DNA of 64,000 nt from Candidatus Saccharimonadales bacterium (GTDB lineage Bacteria > Patescibacteriota > Saccharimonadia > Saccharimonadales > SZUA-47). Below, piece by piece: positions 52,089 through 60,693 of the stretch (position 1 is the first letter of the stretch; every line of letters starts with the position of its first letter). The DNA lies in NCBI GenBank assembly GCA_038211855.1, contig JBBQVE010000004.1, forward strand, positions 867 through 64,866, given 5' to 3'. Position numbers and translations under genes: made by a program. The notes beneath the pieces were generated by a model that was not told the DNA's origin, did no database searches, and worked only from the letters and a program-made list of their open reading frames with translations.

Positions 52089-53924
52089 ATGAGAAAATTT
52101 CTTAAGGCTATTAGAGCCTATCCGCACGTCTTTTTGGTCAGCGTTGCCGTCCTCATAGCCCTACCGCTTGATTTGGGAGGTCTCGATAAGTGGGCACATC
52201 TGATACTTGGCATAACAGCCCTCGTTTCTACGCTCCCTCTACTAGCAGGTATGCTACAGACTTTACGCGACGGTAAATATGGGGTGGACATTCTGGCGGT
52301 GACGGCAATCATTACATCTGTGCTGCTTCATGAATATTGGGCTGGTATCATTATTTGCTTGATGCTGACGGGCGGCGAAGCGCTCGAAGACTACGCTGAT
52401 ACACGAGCTGGTATCGAGCTATCCAGCCTTCTTGCGCACGCACCGGTCATCGCGCATCTTCTGAAGGGGCAGACTGAGACAGACATTGAAGTGTCAAAGA
52501 TTAGCGTTGGCGATAAGTTACTTATTAAAGCTGGCGAAGTGGTGCCAGTTGATGCCGAGGTGACTGAGGGCACATCGAGTGTCGACGAAGCCTCGCTGAC
52601 CGGCGAAAGTTTGCCAATCGAAAAAAGCGAGGGCGATCAGTTATTGAGTGGTTCCATAAATATGGAAGGTACTTTGACTGTCCGCGCCCTGCAGACTGCC
52701 AGTAATAGCCAATACCAACAGATTATAAAACTAGTGAAGATTGCGCAGAATACACCATCGCCGTTCGTACGATTAGCAGATAAATACAGTATTCCATTTA
52801 CTGTTCTGTCGTTCTTTTTGGCAGGTGTTGCCTGGGCTGCTTCCGGCCAGCCAGTACGGTTCCTAGAAGTCCTTGTTGTTGCAACGCCATGCCCCCTCCT
52901 GCTTGGTGCGCCAATTGCCATTGTCAGCGGCATGAGCCGCGCAGCCCGGGCTGGTGTCATTGTAAAAACTGGTGCTGGACTCGAAAAACTGGCCGCCGCG
53001 CAGACAATTGCCTTTGATAAGACTGGCACGCTCACGCTCGGAACGCCTTCGGTGATCAGCGTTAAAACTTATGGAAAATTTAAGAAAGACGACGTCATCA
53101 GCTACGCAGCAGCCGTAGAAGCTGGTTCGAATCATATCTTGGCTCGAGCCGTTACAACATACGCCGAAAAACATAACGCGAAAGTTCCGAAGGCCAAAAA
53201 CAGTAAAGAAACCAGTGGTGGTGGACTTACGGCAACCGTACAAGGCAAAATCGTGCGCGTCGGTACGGCACGCTACTTGAATCAATTCGACATCGTCGTT
53301 CCCAAAGAGGATCTTGCTGGTACCCATGCCTATGTGGTGATTCAAAACAGCTTGGCTGGTTACCTGGAGTTCGTGGATGAGATTCGTCCGGAGAGTAAGG
53401 GCGTCCTGAAGCTCTTAAAGAAGCTCGGCGTCAAGCACATCCTGATGGTGACAGGCGACAATAAGCAAGTTGCAGCACAGGTTGCCAAAGAACTTGGTAT
53501 CACCGAATTTGAGGCCGAAGCATTGCCGGGTGATAAGTTGCAGAAAATCGAAAGCCTAGAACACCGCCCGGTGGCCTTCGTTGGTGACGGCGTCAATGAC
53601 GCACCGGTTCTGACAGCATCTGATGTAGGCATCGCTCTTGGCGCCCGTGGCTCGACCGCTGCCAGTGAAACTGCCGACATCGTCATTTTGCGAGATGACC
53701 TTTCGCGCGTAGGCGAGGCAGTTGCGATTGCCAAGCGCACGGTCTTCATTGCCCGCCAGAGCATACTCATCGGTATTGGTATGAGTGTTGTCCTGATGGT
53801 GATCTTCTCAACCGGCAAGTTTAAACCGTCGGTCGGCGCCGCCGTACAGGAGCTGGTTGATGTGACCGTCATTATTAACGCTTTGCGCGCCCACTCCAAG
53901 AAGAGTTTAACGTCTTTAAAGTAG
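52089..53924 (+). CDS. Heavy-metal translocating P1B-type ATPase (no N-terminal HMA domain)
   Basis: TGES, ATPCPLLLG (CPx), DKTGTLT and GDGVNDAP are present. Confidence 0.9.
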   Translation: MRKFLKAIRAYPHVFLVSVAVLIALPLDLGGLDKWAHLILGITALVSTLPLLAGMLQTLRDGKYGVDILAVTAIITSVLLHEYWAGIIICLMLTGGEALEDYADTRAGIELSSLLAHAPVIAHLLKGQTETDIEVSKISVGDKLLIKAGEVVPVDAEVTEGTSSVDEASLTGESLPIEKSEGDQLLSGSINMEGTLTVRALQTASNSQYQQIIKLVKIAQNTPSPFVRLADKYSIPFTVLSFFLAGVAWAASGQPVRFLEVLVVATPCPLLLGAPIAIVSGMSRAARAGVIVKTGAGLEKLAAAQTIAFDKTGTLTLGTPSVISVKTYGKFKKDDVISYAAAVEAGSNHILARAVTTYAEKHNAKVPKAKNSKETSGGGLTATVQGKIVRVGTARYLNQFDIVVPKEDLAGTHAYVVIQNSLAGYLEFVDEIRPESKGVLKLLKKLGVKHILMVTGDNKQVAAQVAKELGITEFEAEALPGDKLQKIESLEHRPVAFVGDGVNDAPVLTASDVGIALGARGSTAASETADIVILRDDLSRVGEAVAIAKRTVFIARQSILIGIGMSVVLMVIFSTGKFKPSVGAAVQELVDVTVIINALRAHSKKSLTSLK

Positions 53925-54578
53925 GGTCATCGTCATCGCAAAATTCAAAACGAAGACGACAATAAGCGGAATTGTTAAGTTGTCGGTTCCAAATGGTGAG
54001 ATGTTTTCCGCAAAAACGGTCACAATCGGCAGCCACACGAGAGTGAGGAGTGGCGAGTGCATAATCACCGTTCGACCGCCAACTGTCATGCCGATAATCA
54101 ATACAATATAGGCACAGACGAGATAGGCAGTACTGCCCTGCAGGCTCTTTTTGCCGCCATAGACTTTGTACGTTGTCTGCTTGGTCGCATACTTCTTACC
54201 GATGATGGCTGCCATACCATCAGCCAAGGCCAAAAATAATATACTGACCATAAAGATCCAGTGGTCTTTGGCAATTAACGCCACTAGCAGAACACTGATC
54301 GGATACAAAAGCTCGCCAATCGTCGGCCGGTTAATGTCATGTAGAGCATAAGAAATGTGCATGGTTCTCGTGAGGAGCCACACCACTACCGAACCAGCTG
54401 CAATGATCTCAATCGTACGAAAGCTCAAAAAAAATGGCCAGAATGCCACAAATGTCCCGCCAAGAATATGCACAAACTTACGCGCGTACTCGCCGCTCAT
54501 GTATTTGCGGTGCCACAGGATTTCAGCGATGAAAAGCAATATAGCCATGCCAGCAAGTGCGGCTAAGATAGAAAACAT
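53916..54578 (-). CDS. CTP-dependent polyprenol/diacylglycerol kinase-like (CTP_transf_1 superfamily) membrane protein
   Basis: Polytopic, 220 aa. RKFVHILGG resembles the phytol/dolichol kinase family. The call is by eye. Confidence 0.4.
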   Translation of the reverse strand: MFSILAALAGMAILLFIAEILWHRKYMSGEYARKFVHILGGTFVAFWPFFLSFRTIEIIAAGSVVVWLLTRTMHISYALHDINRPTIGELLYPISVLLVALIAKDHWIFMVSILFLALADGMAAIIGKKYATKQTTYKVYGGKKSLQGSTAYLVCAYIVLIIGMTVGGRTVIMHSPLLTLVWLPIVTVFAENISPFGTDNLTIPLIVVFVLNFAMTMTLL

Positions 54579-54592
54579 GAGCTTATTGTACT

Positions 54593-55390
54593 CTAACTCG
54601 AAAGCGATTTCTTTTCGGACTTCAGCCAGAGAATCAACATAAAACTAAATATAATGAGAATTGACCACGAACCGACTTTGCTGCCGTGTACGATATGCCA
54701 ACTATTCGTTTGACTTGGATAGCGCCATGCACCAATAAAAGTACCGACATTTTCAGCGACCCAGATGAAGAAGCCGATGAGTAGGAATGACACCGATAAA
54801 TGCATATGATATTTATTACCTCGAACATAAAATCGTACCCAAGTTTTACGCAAAAGAATGAGAGCGGCCAATACCAAAATCCATCTGAAATCTGGCAACC
54901 AGTGATTGGTATAAAAGTTCGCGTAAATGAGCACAGCAACCACCATCGTTGGCGCCATAGGTACGTAATCTACTTCAAGTTTGAAGCGCCGCCAGGCCTG
55001 ACACATATAACTGGCGATGGCTGCATACATAAACCCACTGTAGAGTGGTACGCCGGCGATACGGGCGTGTCCAGCGTCCGGATACGACCATGAACCAAAA
55101 TGTACTTTGAAGATTTCCAGGCAGAGGCCGATGAGGTGAAAGACACAGATGACTTTTAGCTCATCATATGACTCGAGCTTGCTCCACACCATGGCAATCT
55201 GCAGGATCAGACACCAGATCAGCATGACGTCATAGCGCGGTAAACCCAGATGAACGTAACGTGTTATGATTAATCCGCTAAAAATTCCGATAGCAAAAAT
55301 ACTAGACAAAGCCTGCTGCCAAGCGAACCAAAGCAGATCTTTTGACCATTTGCTTAACTTGCTAACTATAGACTTTTCGATATACTTCAC
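54593..55390 (-). CDS. Polytopic integral membrane protein (possibly DUF817-like)
   Basis: 265 aa with about 8 TM helices. Weak family recollection only. Confidence 0.4.
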   Translation of the reverse strand: MKYIEKSIVSKLSKWSKDLLWFAWQQALSSIFAIGIFSGLIITRYVHLGLPRYDVMLIWCLILQIAMVWSKLESYDELKVICVFHLIGLCLEIFKVHFGSWSYPDAGHARIAGVPLYSGFMYAAIASYMCQAWRRFKLEVDYVPMAPTMVVAVLIYANFYTNHWLPDFRWILVLAALILLRKTWVRFYVRGNKYHMHLSVSFLLIGFFIWVAENVGTFIGAWRYPSQTNSWHIVHGSKVGSWSILIIFSFMLILWLKSEKKSLSS

Positions 55391-55419
55391 GTGCTACGTA
55401 TCATAGCAAAACTTTTTAA

Positions 55420-55578
55420 CTATCTTAGTTTCGCAAGTTGCTTTTTGAGCTTTTCATTTTCTACTTTTAGGGAAATCATTTTGAGTTCCTGCCCAACCAT
55501 AGAATCGTTCAGCCGTGTGAGTGCTTCAACAGCGTTTACTTTATCGGTCACGTCTGTCGCTAGCCCCACTGCGCCCAT
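55420..55578 (-). CDS. Small coiled-coil ORF (52 aa)
   Basis: Not in the track. It reads MGAVGLATDVTDKVNAVEALTRLNDSMVGQELKMISLKVENEKLKKQLAKLR. Confidence 0.3.
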   Translation of the reverse strand: MGAVGLATDVTDKVNAVEALTRLNDSMVGQELKMISLKVENEKLKKQLAKLR

Positions 55579-55603
55579 AAATTTGTGGTATCCGTCGTCT
55601 TAA

Positions 55604-55634
55604 TGAAAAAGCCGCCCTTTTGGACGGCGCTTTC
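55604..55634 (-). terminator. Rho-independent terminator abutting the left att repeat (predicted original tRNA-Pro terminator)
   Basis: The minus strand reads GCCGTCC-AAAA-GGGCGGCTTTTTC. It starts 5 nt after the ATTGGTCG repeat (CGACCAAT on the minus strand). Confidence 0.65.
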
Positions 55635-55642
55635 ATTGGTCG
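55635..55642 (+). repeat. Left copy of 8-bp direct repeat ATTGGTCG (candidate att core)
   Basis: Identical to 60679-60686, which covers the last acceptor bases, the discriminator and the CCA of tRNA-Pro. Confidence 0.55.
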
Positions 55643-55791
55643 AGATGCACGGATGTTACTTGAACTGTTTAGGTACATCGTTGCTGAGCCTGAGTCGTCG
55701 CAGCTATTACTAGAGAAGATACGCCACACAGAGCAACGACAGTCTGCACCAGTAGACAATCTGGTCTTTTAAGACATCGCCGAGAGCAGCC

Positions 55792-56220
55792 CTAGTCGTT
55801 GGCAGGGGCGGTCTGTTCGGTACGCTCGGCCAACTCTATCGTCCGAATTTGGTCCTTTAGGACGCCTGGCACGTTTCCGTTAACTATCTCCTGTTGCATC
55901 TCTACTAAGTCTTCGTGACAAAGTTTGTCATCTTCACCATGCATAACTTGCCCAGGATTTTTGTCGTCGTCGGTTCGGGCCAGTGATGCAATGTGTTGTT
56001 CATACCCAGTCGTCTGAAGCTCTACGAAACAAAACATCGGCTTAGCTCGCGTCTCCAGCACGCCGTCTTTTTTTACGCTGCCAGCACGCGCTGTAATCAC
56101 CTCACGCGCTTGCTGTGGGCCTACAATCAGCGCTGCATAAAGGACCTGGTCAATAATAGCGAGGTAGACATACTGTCGGTCTAAGTAAGTGAATATGTCC
56201 CCGTAGCCCATGAAAAGCAT
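55792..56220 (-). CDS. Candidate toxin partner of the Panacea-domain antitoxin (142 aa, no recognisable domain)
   Basis: The track ORF is 55792..56304. I set the start at ATG 56220 (MLFMGYGDIF), which lies 16 nt after the upstream stop and 7 nt after a TGCTAAAAT extended -10. Confidence 0.45.
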   Translation of the reverse strand: MLFMGYGDIFTYLDRQYVYLAIIDQVLYAALIVGPQQAREVITARAGSVKKDGVLETRAKPMFCFVELQTTGYEQHIASLARTDDDKNPGQVMHGEDDKLCHEDLVEMQQEIVNGNVPGVLKDQIRTIELAERTEQTAPAND

Positions 56221-56227
56221 GTCTACT

Positions 56228-56236
56228 ATTTTAGCA
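56228..56236 (-). promoter_or_regulatory. Extended -10 (TGCTAAAAT), 7 nt before ATG 56220
   Basis: The minus strand reads TGCTAAAAT-AGTAGAC-ATG. Confidence 0.4.
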
Positions 56237-56773
56237 CTAGAGGATAGAGAGTGCCAACTTGATTTCGTCTTCCGATACTTTGGCACGCTTATCGTGCGCT
56301 GCAAGGTAGTACGGGATTTGCTCGTTCAGTTTGGTTTCTGACCAAGGGGCTTCCGAATGAGAAGCAGCCTCTATATCTTCAGTGGTAGTCCTTTTAAACT
56401 GTGATGCGACTTGTTCCAGCACCTTCAACTCTGTTTCGCTGAATAACTTCGCGTCGTCGTCGGTAAACCCTCTTGCTGGCAAAAACCTGCACATCTTTGT
56501 GCCTTTAGGATGTTCGCAGCTAACTGTACCTTCAAACACTTGACCTGTGGACTTTGACTCAAAGGTGTCTGCCCAGTCTTTAATCGTTGTAGGTATTGGA
56601 CCGTGTTCTAGATTGTAGTACGTGTCGTAGGTAACGGGGATGCCGTATTCCCTTGTGTGGGTAAAATCAAGATTGTAGAAAAGCTTCATCAGCTTTACTT
56701 TTCCGAGGTACTTCGTATCAGTATAGTTTGCGAAATATGCGAGTATCGCTTCTATCTTCCTCTGATTAGTCAT
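56237..56773 (-). CDS. Panacea (DUF4065 / SocA-like) domain antitoxin candidate
   Basis: KVKLMKLFYNLDFTHTREYGIPVTYDTYYNLEHGPIPTTI matches the DUF4065 core pattern (K.qKLlY..d......g.p......y.a...GPv). 178 aa. Confidence 0.6.
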   Translation of the reverse strand: MTNQRKIEAILAYFANYTDTKYLGKVKLMKLFYNLDFTHTREYGIPVTYDTYYNLEHGPIPTTIKDWADTFESKSTGQVFEGTVSCEHPKGTKMCRFLPARGFTDDDAKLFSETELKVLEQVASQFKRTTTEDIEAASHSEAPWSETKLNEQIPYYLAAHDKRAKVSEDEIKLALSIL

Positions 56774-57061
56774 TTCAACCTCTTCTTGCTATTGTTTCAT
56801 TTTTATTATATACGATTCCCCTGCTCACTGCAACCCACTCCATGCTCTTACCATAAGCATAACATAAGCGCAATAATCAAGTAATTTCTTATATTATTAA
56901 CTCTTTAAATTGTGCTGTTGAAACTTTTATTGTCCAAATAACTAATACTGCAGGTAGGTAAATGTTTACGCCTAATTAGAAATGAGATGGCTCGCAGGGG
57001 GTAGAGTCTGGAAAAGCTGTATCGAGAGTATTTACACTACAGTTTAGAGGTTAGAGGTACA

Positions 57062-57286
57062 CTATGCTGATTGTGAAGCATTAAGCTGATCACGGAACCA
57101 CTCCCATTGCTTGAAGCGTTCTTCCGCAATTATGTCATTCCAAGTACCGCCACAATACTGAGTCGTGTCCAATATAGCAACCTTAATAATATTCACTGCT
57201 TCCGTCTCTATTCGCTCGTACTCTTTTTCGCCATCTTTTGGCATAAACATTTCGCGTAAACTAAGTTCAAATTCTTCTTGTGTCAT
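57062..57286 (-). CDS. Hypothetical protein (74 aa)
   Basis: Acidic ORF in an AT-rich segment of the element. Confidence 0.35.
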   Translation of the reverse strand: MTQEEFELSLREMFMPKDGEKEYERIETEAVNIIKVAILDTTQYCGGTWNDIIAEERFKQWEWFRDQLNASQSA

Positions 57287-57482
57287 ACGTCTATATTAAC
57301 TCATTAAGCACGCTACGTCGTACAATGTATCTTGTACGCAAGAGATTAACAGAGGTGGGCGTCTATTATTTAGTTAAAAAAGGCTTGTCAAGTGGAACGC
57401 TATTCCGTGTTCACCCCTGTTAAATTAATTATTATGCTACATTCTATTATTTATGGTCTGGTAATTTTTAAGATTCCTGTAC

Positions 57483-58187
57483 TTATAGATTGAAAGCATC
57501 ATTGTTTAATTTATTATTATCAATCTTAATTGTATTTGCTAATTCAATAGACTGTTTTTGCTGTTCATTCAACGTATCTTGATCTTTAGCTAACTGAGAT
57601 TTATCAGTATTAAGTTTAGTTTTAGCAGTCGTAACATATGAATAGTCACATATCCCAATATTGCATCCGTTATTTGCAAGTCCTGACTGTATCGTAATCT
57701 GCGAATTATCATTACTGATTGCATTCATATCAGTCTGGATTTGAAAACTCATATCACTTACTGACTTACCTAGGGCATAAAAATTCAGTGAATCATTTAG
57801 GGCTGTAGCAAGATCAGAGTTTAAGGTAATTAAAGTTGGTTGGTTATACGTCGTTCCATTTACGGACGACTGAATAGTTTGTACCTGCGAAGCAATGTCG
57901 TCGTAATAAGTATCCCATTCATCTTTAGTTTTTGTGGTAGTTGAAGGTAATGTTGAGGCCTTTTGGTTAAGTGCGAGGTACTGTTTATAGTTAGTTTCAA
58001 GGCTTGATTTCTCTTTTGCTAATGCCGCGACCTGCTTATTGTGTTGAGCATGACTATTAAAAGAAGTCAGAGCAATGGTTAATGCCACAGCTGCCACCCC
58101 TACGACTATCCAGAAAATATACCTCAAGCGTTGGTTAGCGTCTCTATGTTGTTTAATGTCGTCGTGTAACCACATTCCGTCACTCAT
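57483..58187 (-). CDS. Membrane-anchored coiled-coil protein
   Basis: The TM helix is IFWIVVGVAAVALTIALT, followed by a long region rich in Q, N and K. GGAGA Shine-Dalgarno lies 7 nt upstream. Confidence 0.5.
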   Translation of the reverse strand: MSDGMWLHDDIKQHRDANQRLRYIFWIVVGVAAVALTIALTSFNSHAQHNKQVAALAKEKSSLETNYKQYLALNQKASTLPSTTTKTKDEWDTYYDDIASQVQTIQSSVNGTTYNQPTLITLNSDLATALNDSLNFYALGKSVSDMSFQIQTDMNAISNDNSQITIQSGLANNGCNIGICDYSYVTTAKTKLNTDKSQLAKDQDTLNEQQKQSIELANTIKIDNNKLNNDAFNL

Positions 58188-58274
58188 ATAATTGTCTCCA
58201 TAATAAAAAAGGCACCCGTACTTAGGTGTCTTACGCCACAGTAGGGTTTAGCCTACTGGTTTTGTACGGATGCC
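58188..58274 (-). promoter_or_regulatory. Structured 5' leader with terminator/antiterminator alternative
   Basis: On the minus-strand RNA the terminator is GACACC-uaaguacg-GGUGCC followed by U6, just before the Shine-Dalgarno. The upstream GGCAUCCGUAC (58274-58264) can instead pair with GUACGGGUGCC. An inner hairpin forms from CAGUAGG and CCUACUG. Confidence 0.35.
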
Positions 58275-58452
58275 ATTTTATTGGCTAAACCGTACACAGT
58301 TCGTGCAAGTAAATACTACTGTAGCGTAAGACTTTCTAAGCATACCTCTATCATATGACTTGAACAAGGAGTGCTATAGTAAATATAGGCAACTTAGCCA
58401 GAAGCTTTGTTGCCTTTTGTTTATAAATACTGCGAGAATACTGTGAGAATTT

Positions 58453-58773
58453 ATGGCTAATGAGCAGAATCTAAAACCGTTCCGCAATGGCTATGACGTA
58501 CGTCGTGGAAGTAAGCCTAAAGGCTCTAGGCATGTGTCTAGCTACATTAAAGAATTTCTAGAAGGTGTAGAGATTAAGTACACGCTAATGGGAACTGAAG
58601 TAGAAGGCACGCCCATAGAAGCTATCATTAAAGGTACGATAATCAAAGCAATACAAGGGGACCTAAAGGCATCTGAAATGCTTTTTAAATATGGTTATGG
58701 TCCAAGTGATCATACACTCCTAGAGGAGCAGAAGAAGCTTATTATCATACATCGGAGATATAAATCAAACTAA
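58453..58773 (+). CDS. DUF5681-like phage/plasmid-type protein
   Basis: NLKPFRNGYDVRRGSKPKGSRH resembles the N-terminal motif (nlkPfkkG.sgnp.GrPkGs) seen in phage-associated proteins. The call is by eye. Confidence 0.45.
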   Translation: MANEQNLKPFRNGYDVRRGSKPKGSRHVSSYIKEFLEGVEIKYTLMGTEVEGTPIEAIIKGTIIKAIQGDLKASEMLFKYGYGPSDHTLLEEQKKLIIIHRRYKSN

Positions 58774-58818
58774 ACTTTAGCTTTTTCGATAAATAGTGTA
58801 TAATTGCATTAAATAGGC

Positions 58819-58846
58819 AAATAGCCCTTAACGGAGGGCTATTTTT
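58819..58846 (+). terminator. Rho-independent terminator
   Basis: AAATAGCCCT-taacgg-AGGGCTATTTTT. Confidence 0.65.
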
Positions 58847-58993
58847 ATGCCTACAAAACTTCCAGAGAACGACAAATCGGCCAACAACCACACCAGATCA
58901 GCATTTTTACTAAAAGAAATTGCTATCCTTCCCCAAACTGGCCCTGTTGATTACTATGTTTTAGATAAGTATGGCAACAAAGTGACGTTGTAA
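58847..58993 (+). CDS. Small ORF (48 aa)
   Basis: Not in the track. It reads MPTKLPENDKSANNHTRSAFLLKEIAILPQTGPVDYYVLDKYGNKVTL. It lies directly upstream of the recombinase, so it is a possible excision/directionality factor. That role is speculative. Confidence 0.25.
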   Translation: MPTKLPENDKSANNHTRSAFLLKEIAILPQTGPVDYYVLDKYGNKVTL

Positions 58994-59037
58994 TTTGTTA
59001 GCTAATAACTACACGAACTCCTGTATAGCATATACTT

Positions 59038-60693
59038 ATGCTAATGGACGGAGAGAAGACCACGCAAGAACTACTTGCGATGCTGAGGGGAACATTTGCC
59101 AGTGGAGATTCGCGAGATATTGATATTAAGAGCGTGGTTTATGCTATATACGCACGTAAATCAACGAAGGGCGAGGAACGACAAGAGCGTAGTATTTCAG
59201 ACCAAATAAGTGATTGTGTTAAGCGCGAAGTTGAGCCAAACGGTCTACAAGTCAGTAAGGTAATCGAGGAGAAAGGTAGCGCGAAAGAACCAGACATAAG
59301 ACCAAAGTTTCGTGAGATGCTCAACGATATAAAAGCGGGTCGATACAGCGGTATTATCGCCTGGCACCCAGACCGACTCGCGCGGAACATGAAAGAAGCT
59401 GGTGAAATCATCGACCTCATAGATAAAGGCGTTATTAAGAGCCTCCGATTTGCTACGTTCAGTTTTGAAAACAGCCCTATGGGAAAGATGCTATTAGGTA
59501 TTTCATTCGTCATGTCTAAGCAATACTCCGAGCACTTGAGTGAGAGTGTATCGCGGGGCAATCGCAGGAAGACTGAGGACGGCGTATTCTTCGACGAACA
59601 GAAACATGGCTATTATATTTCCGACGGCCGCCTATTTCCTGACGGCAACAACTTCGTACTCATAAAACAAGCTTTCCAGAAGCGACTCGAAGATTGGTCA
59701 CAGCCAGATATTGTAGAGTGGCTCAACAAGCAGGGATACACTCTTAGAAGAAAAAATAAAGACCCTGTAAGTTTCAAGTGGGATAAGGATACTGTTAGCA
59801 AATTGCTACGAGACCCTGTATACGCAGGCGTGCTTAAGTACGGCAAGAGCTTCTCAGACCTAACACAATACTATGATTTTGAGTCTGCAGTAAGTGTCGA
59901 TGACTTCTTGAAGATTAATAAGATTAAAGATATACACGACCCAAGTCTAGTTTCATCGATGATGCTGAAACGACGTGGTGCGCCAAAAGCCGACCTATTG
60001 CGTGGGGTTGTGCTCTGTGGCTATTGTGACCACGCATTCTCATCAGGCATTACGGTCAAAAAAGATAAATTTACAGGTAAGATAATTTCTAGTCGCTACT
60101 TCTATCGTTGCGAGACAGAGAGTTGCTCCTTTAGAAATAAAAGTGTCAGAGCGAAGATAGTACTAGACTATGCGGTTAAATTCCTTTCGGAGCACTTATT
60201 TACTACTGAAAGTAACTATGTGTCTTACGCGGCCGAGGCTCGTGAGTACGCCAACACGCAGGCTAAGTCACTCGATAGCGACATTGCTAGTTTTGCACGG
60301 CAAGTAGGCAATAAGGAGGCTGAATATGAGCGTACAAAGGCCACAGTGCGAGATAACCCAAAACTTGCCAAACACTATAACCTAGATGAAGTGGAGAGCG
60401 AGCTAGTGATCATCAGAAAAGACCATGCAAAACTCGTAAACACACGGAAGCAACTAGGCTCCGCAATTATTACATACAAGCAATATCTCGAACTTTTTGA
60501 AAACATAGGTGTTATATTGCCAAAAACACACGATATGCAGGTATTAGATGAACTGCTAAGAAAGTTCTTCTCGAACTTCACAGTTAAACTTACGGGTGTA
60601 GGCAAAAAACAGAGGTCAGAAGTTACCCATAAATTAAACGAACCCTGGAATGGGTTCGTAGAATCGAATGAATTCGTGATTGGTCGGGGATAA
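59038..60693 (+). CDS. Large serine recombinase (integrase)
   Basis: The resolvase catalytic domain has YARKSTKGEERQERSISDQ and HPDRLARN. A recombinase domain, a zinc ribbon (CGYCDHAF...YYRCETESC) and a coiled coil follow. The start is probably ATG 59044, which is 7 nt after TATACT. The last 13 nt overlap the tRNA-Pro 3' end on the other strand. Confidence 0.85.
   Translation: MLMDGEKTTQELLAMLRGTFASGDSRDIDIKSVVYAIYARKSTKGEERQERSISDQISDCVKREVEPNGLQVSKVIEEKGSAKEPDIRPKFREMLNDIKAGRYSGIIAWHPDRLARNMKEAGEIIDLIDKGVIKSLRFATFSFENSPMGKMLLGISFVMSKQYSEHLSESVSRGNRRKTEDGVFFDEQKHGYYISDGRLFPDGNNFVLIKQAFQKRLEDWSQPDIVEWLNKQGYTLRRKNKDPVSFKWDKDTVSKLLRDPVYAGVLKYGKSFSDLTQYYDFESAVSVDDFLKINKIKDIHDPSLVSSMMLKRRGAPKADLLRGVVLCGYCDHAFSSGITVKKDKFTGKIISSRYFYRCETESCSFRNKSVRAKIVLDYAVKFLSEHLFTTESNYVSYAAEAREYANTQAKSLDSDIASFARQVGNKEAEYERTKATVRDNPKLAKHYNLDEVESELVIIRKDHAKLVNTRKQLGSAIITYKQYLELFENIGVILPKTHDMQVLDELLRKFFSNFTVKLTGVGKKQRSEVTHKLNEPWNGFVESNEFVIGRG
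60679..60686 (+). repeat. Right copy of 8-bp direct repeat ATTGGTCG (candidate att core)
   Basis: It lies inside the recombinase stop region and the tRNA-Pro 3' end. Confidence 0.55.

Larger units (their letters stand above)
55635..60686. mobile_element. Integrative element of about 5 kb at the 3' end of tRNA-Pro (serine-recombinase type)
   Basis: The large serine recombinase gene ends inside the tRNA-Pro 3' end. The 8-bp direct repeat ATTGGTCG lies at both ends. Deleting the interval in silico joins tRNA-Pro directly to a terminator. The cargo is a toxin-antitoxin-like pair, a DUF5681-like phage-type ORF and AT-rich orphan ORFs. Confidence 0.6.

Noticed and set aside
55643-55670. Degenerate copy of the tRNA-Pro T-arm at the left end of the element (GTTCAAGT...ATCTCGACCA)
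   Set aside because: Beyond the 8-bp ATTGGTCG core the alignment needs several indels, and the identity is weak. Serine recombinases do not require long att homology. Only the 8-bp repeat is reported.
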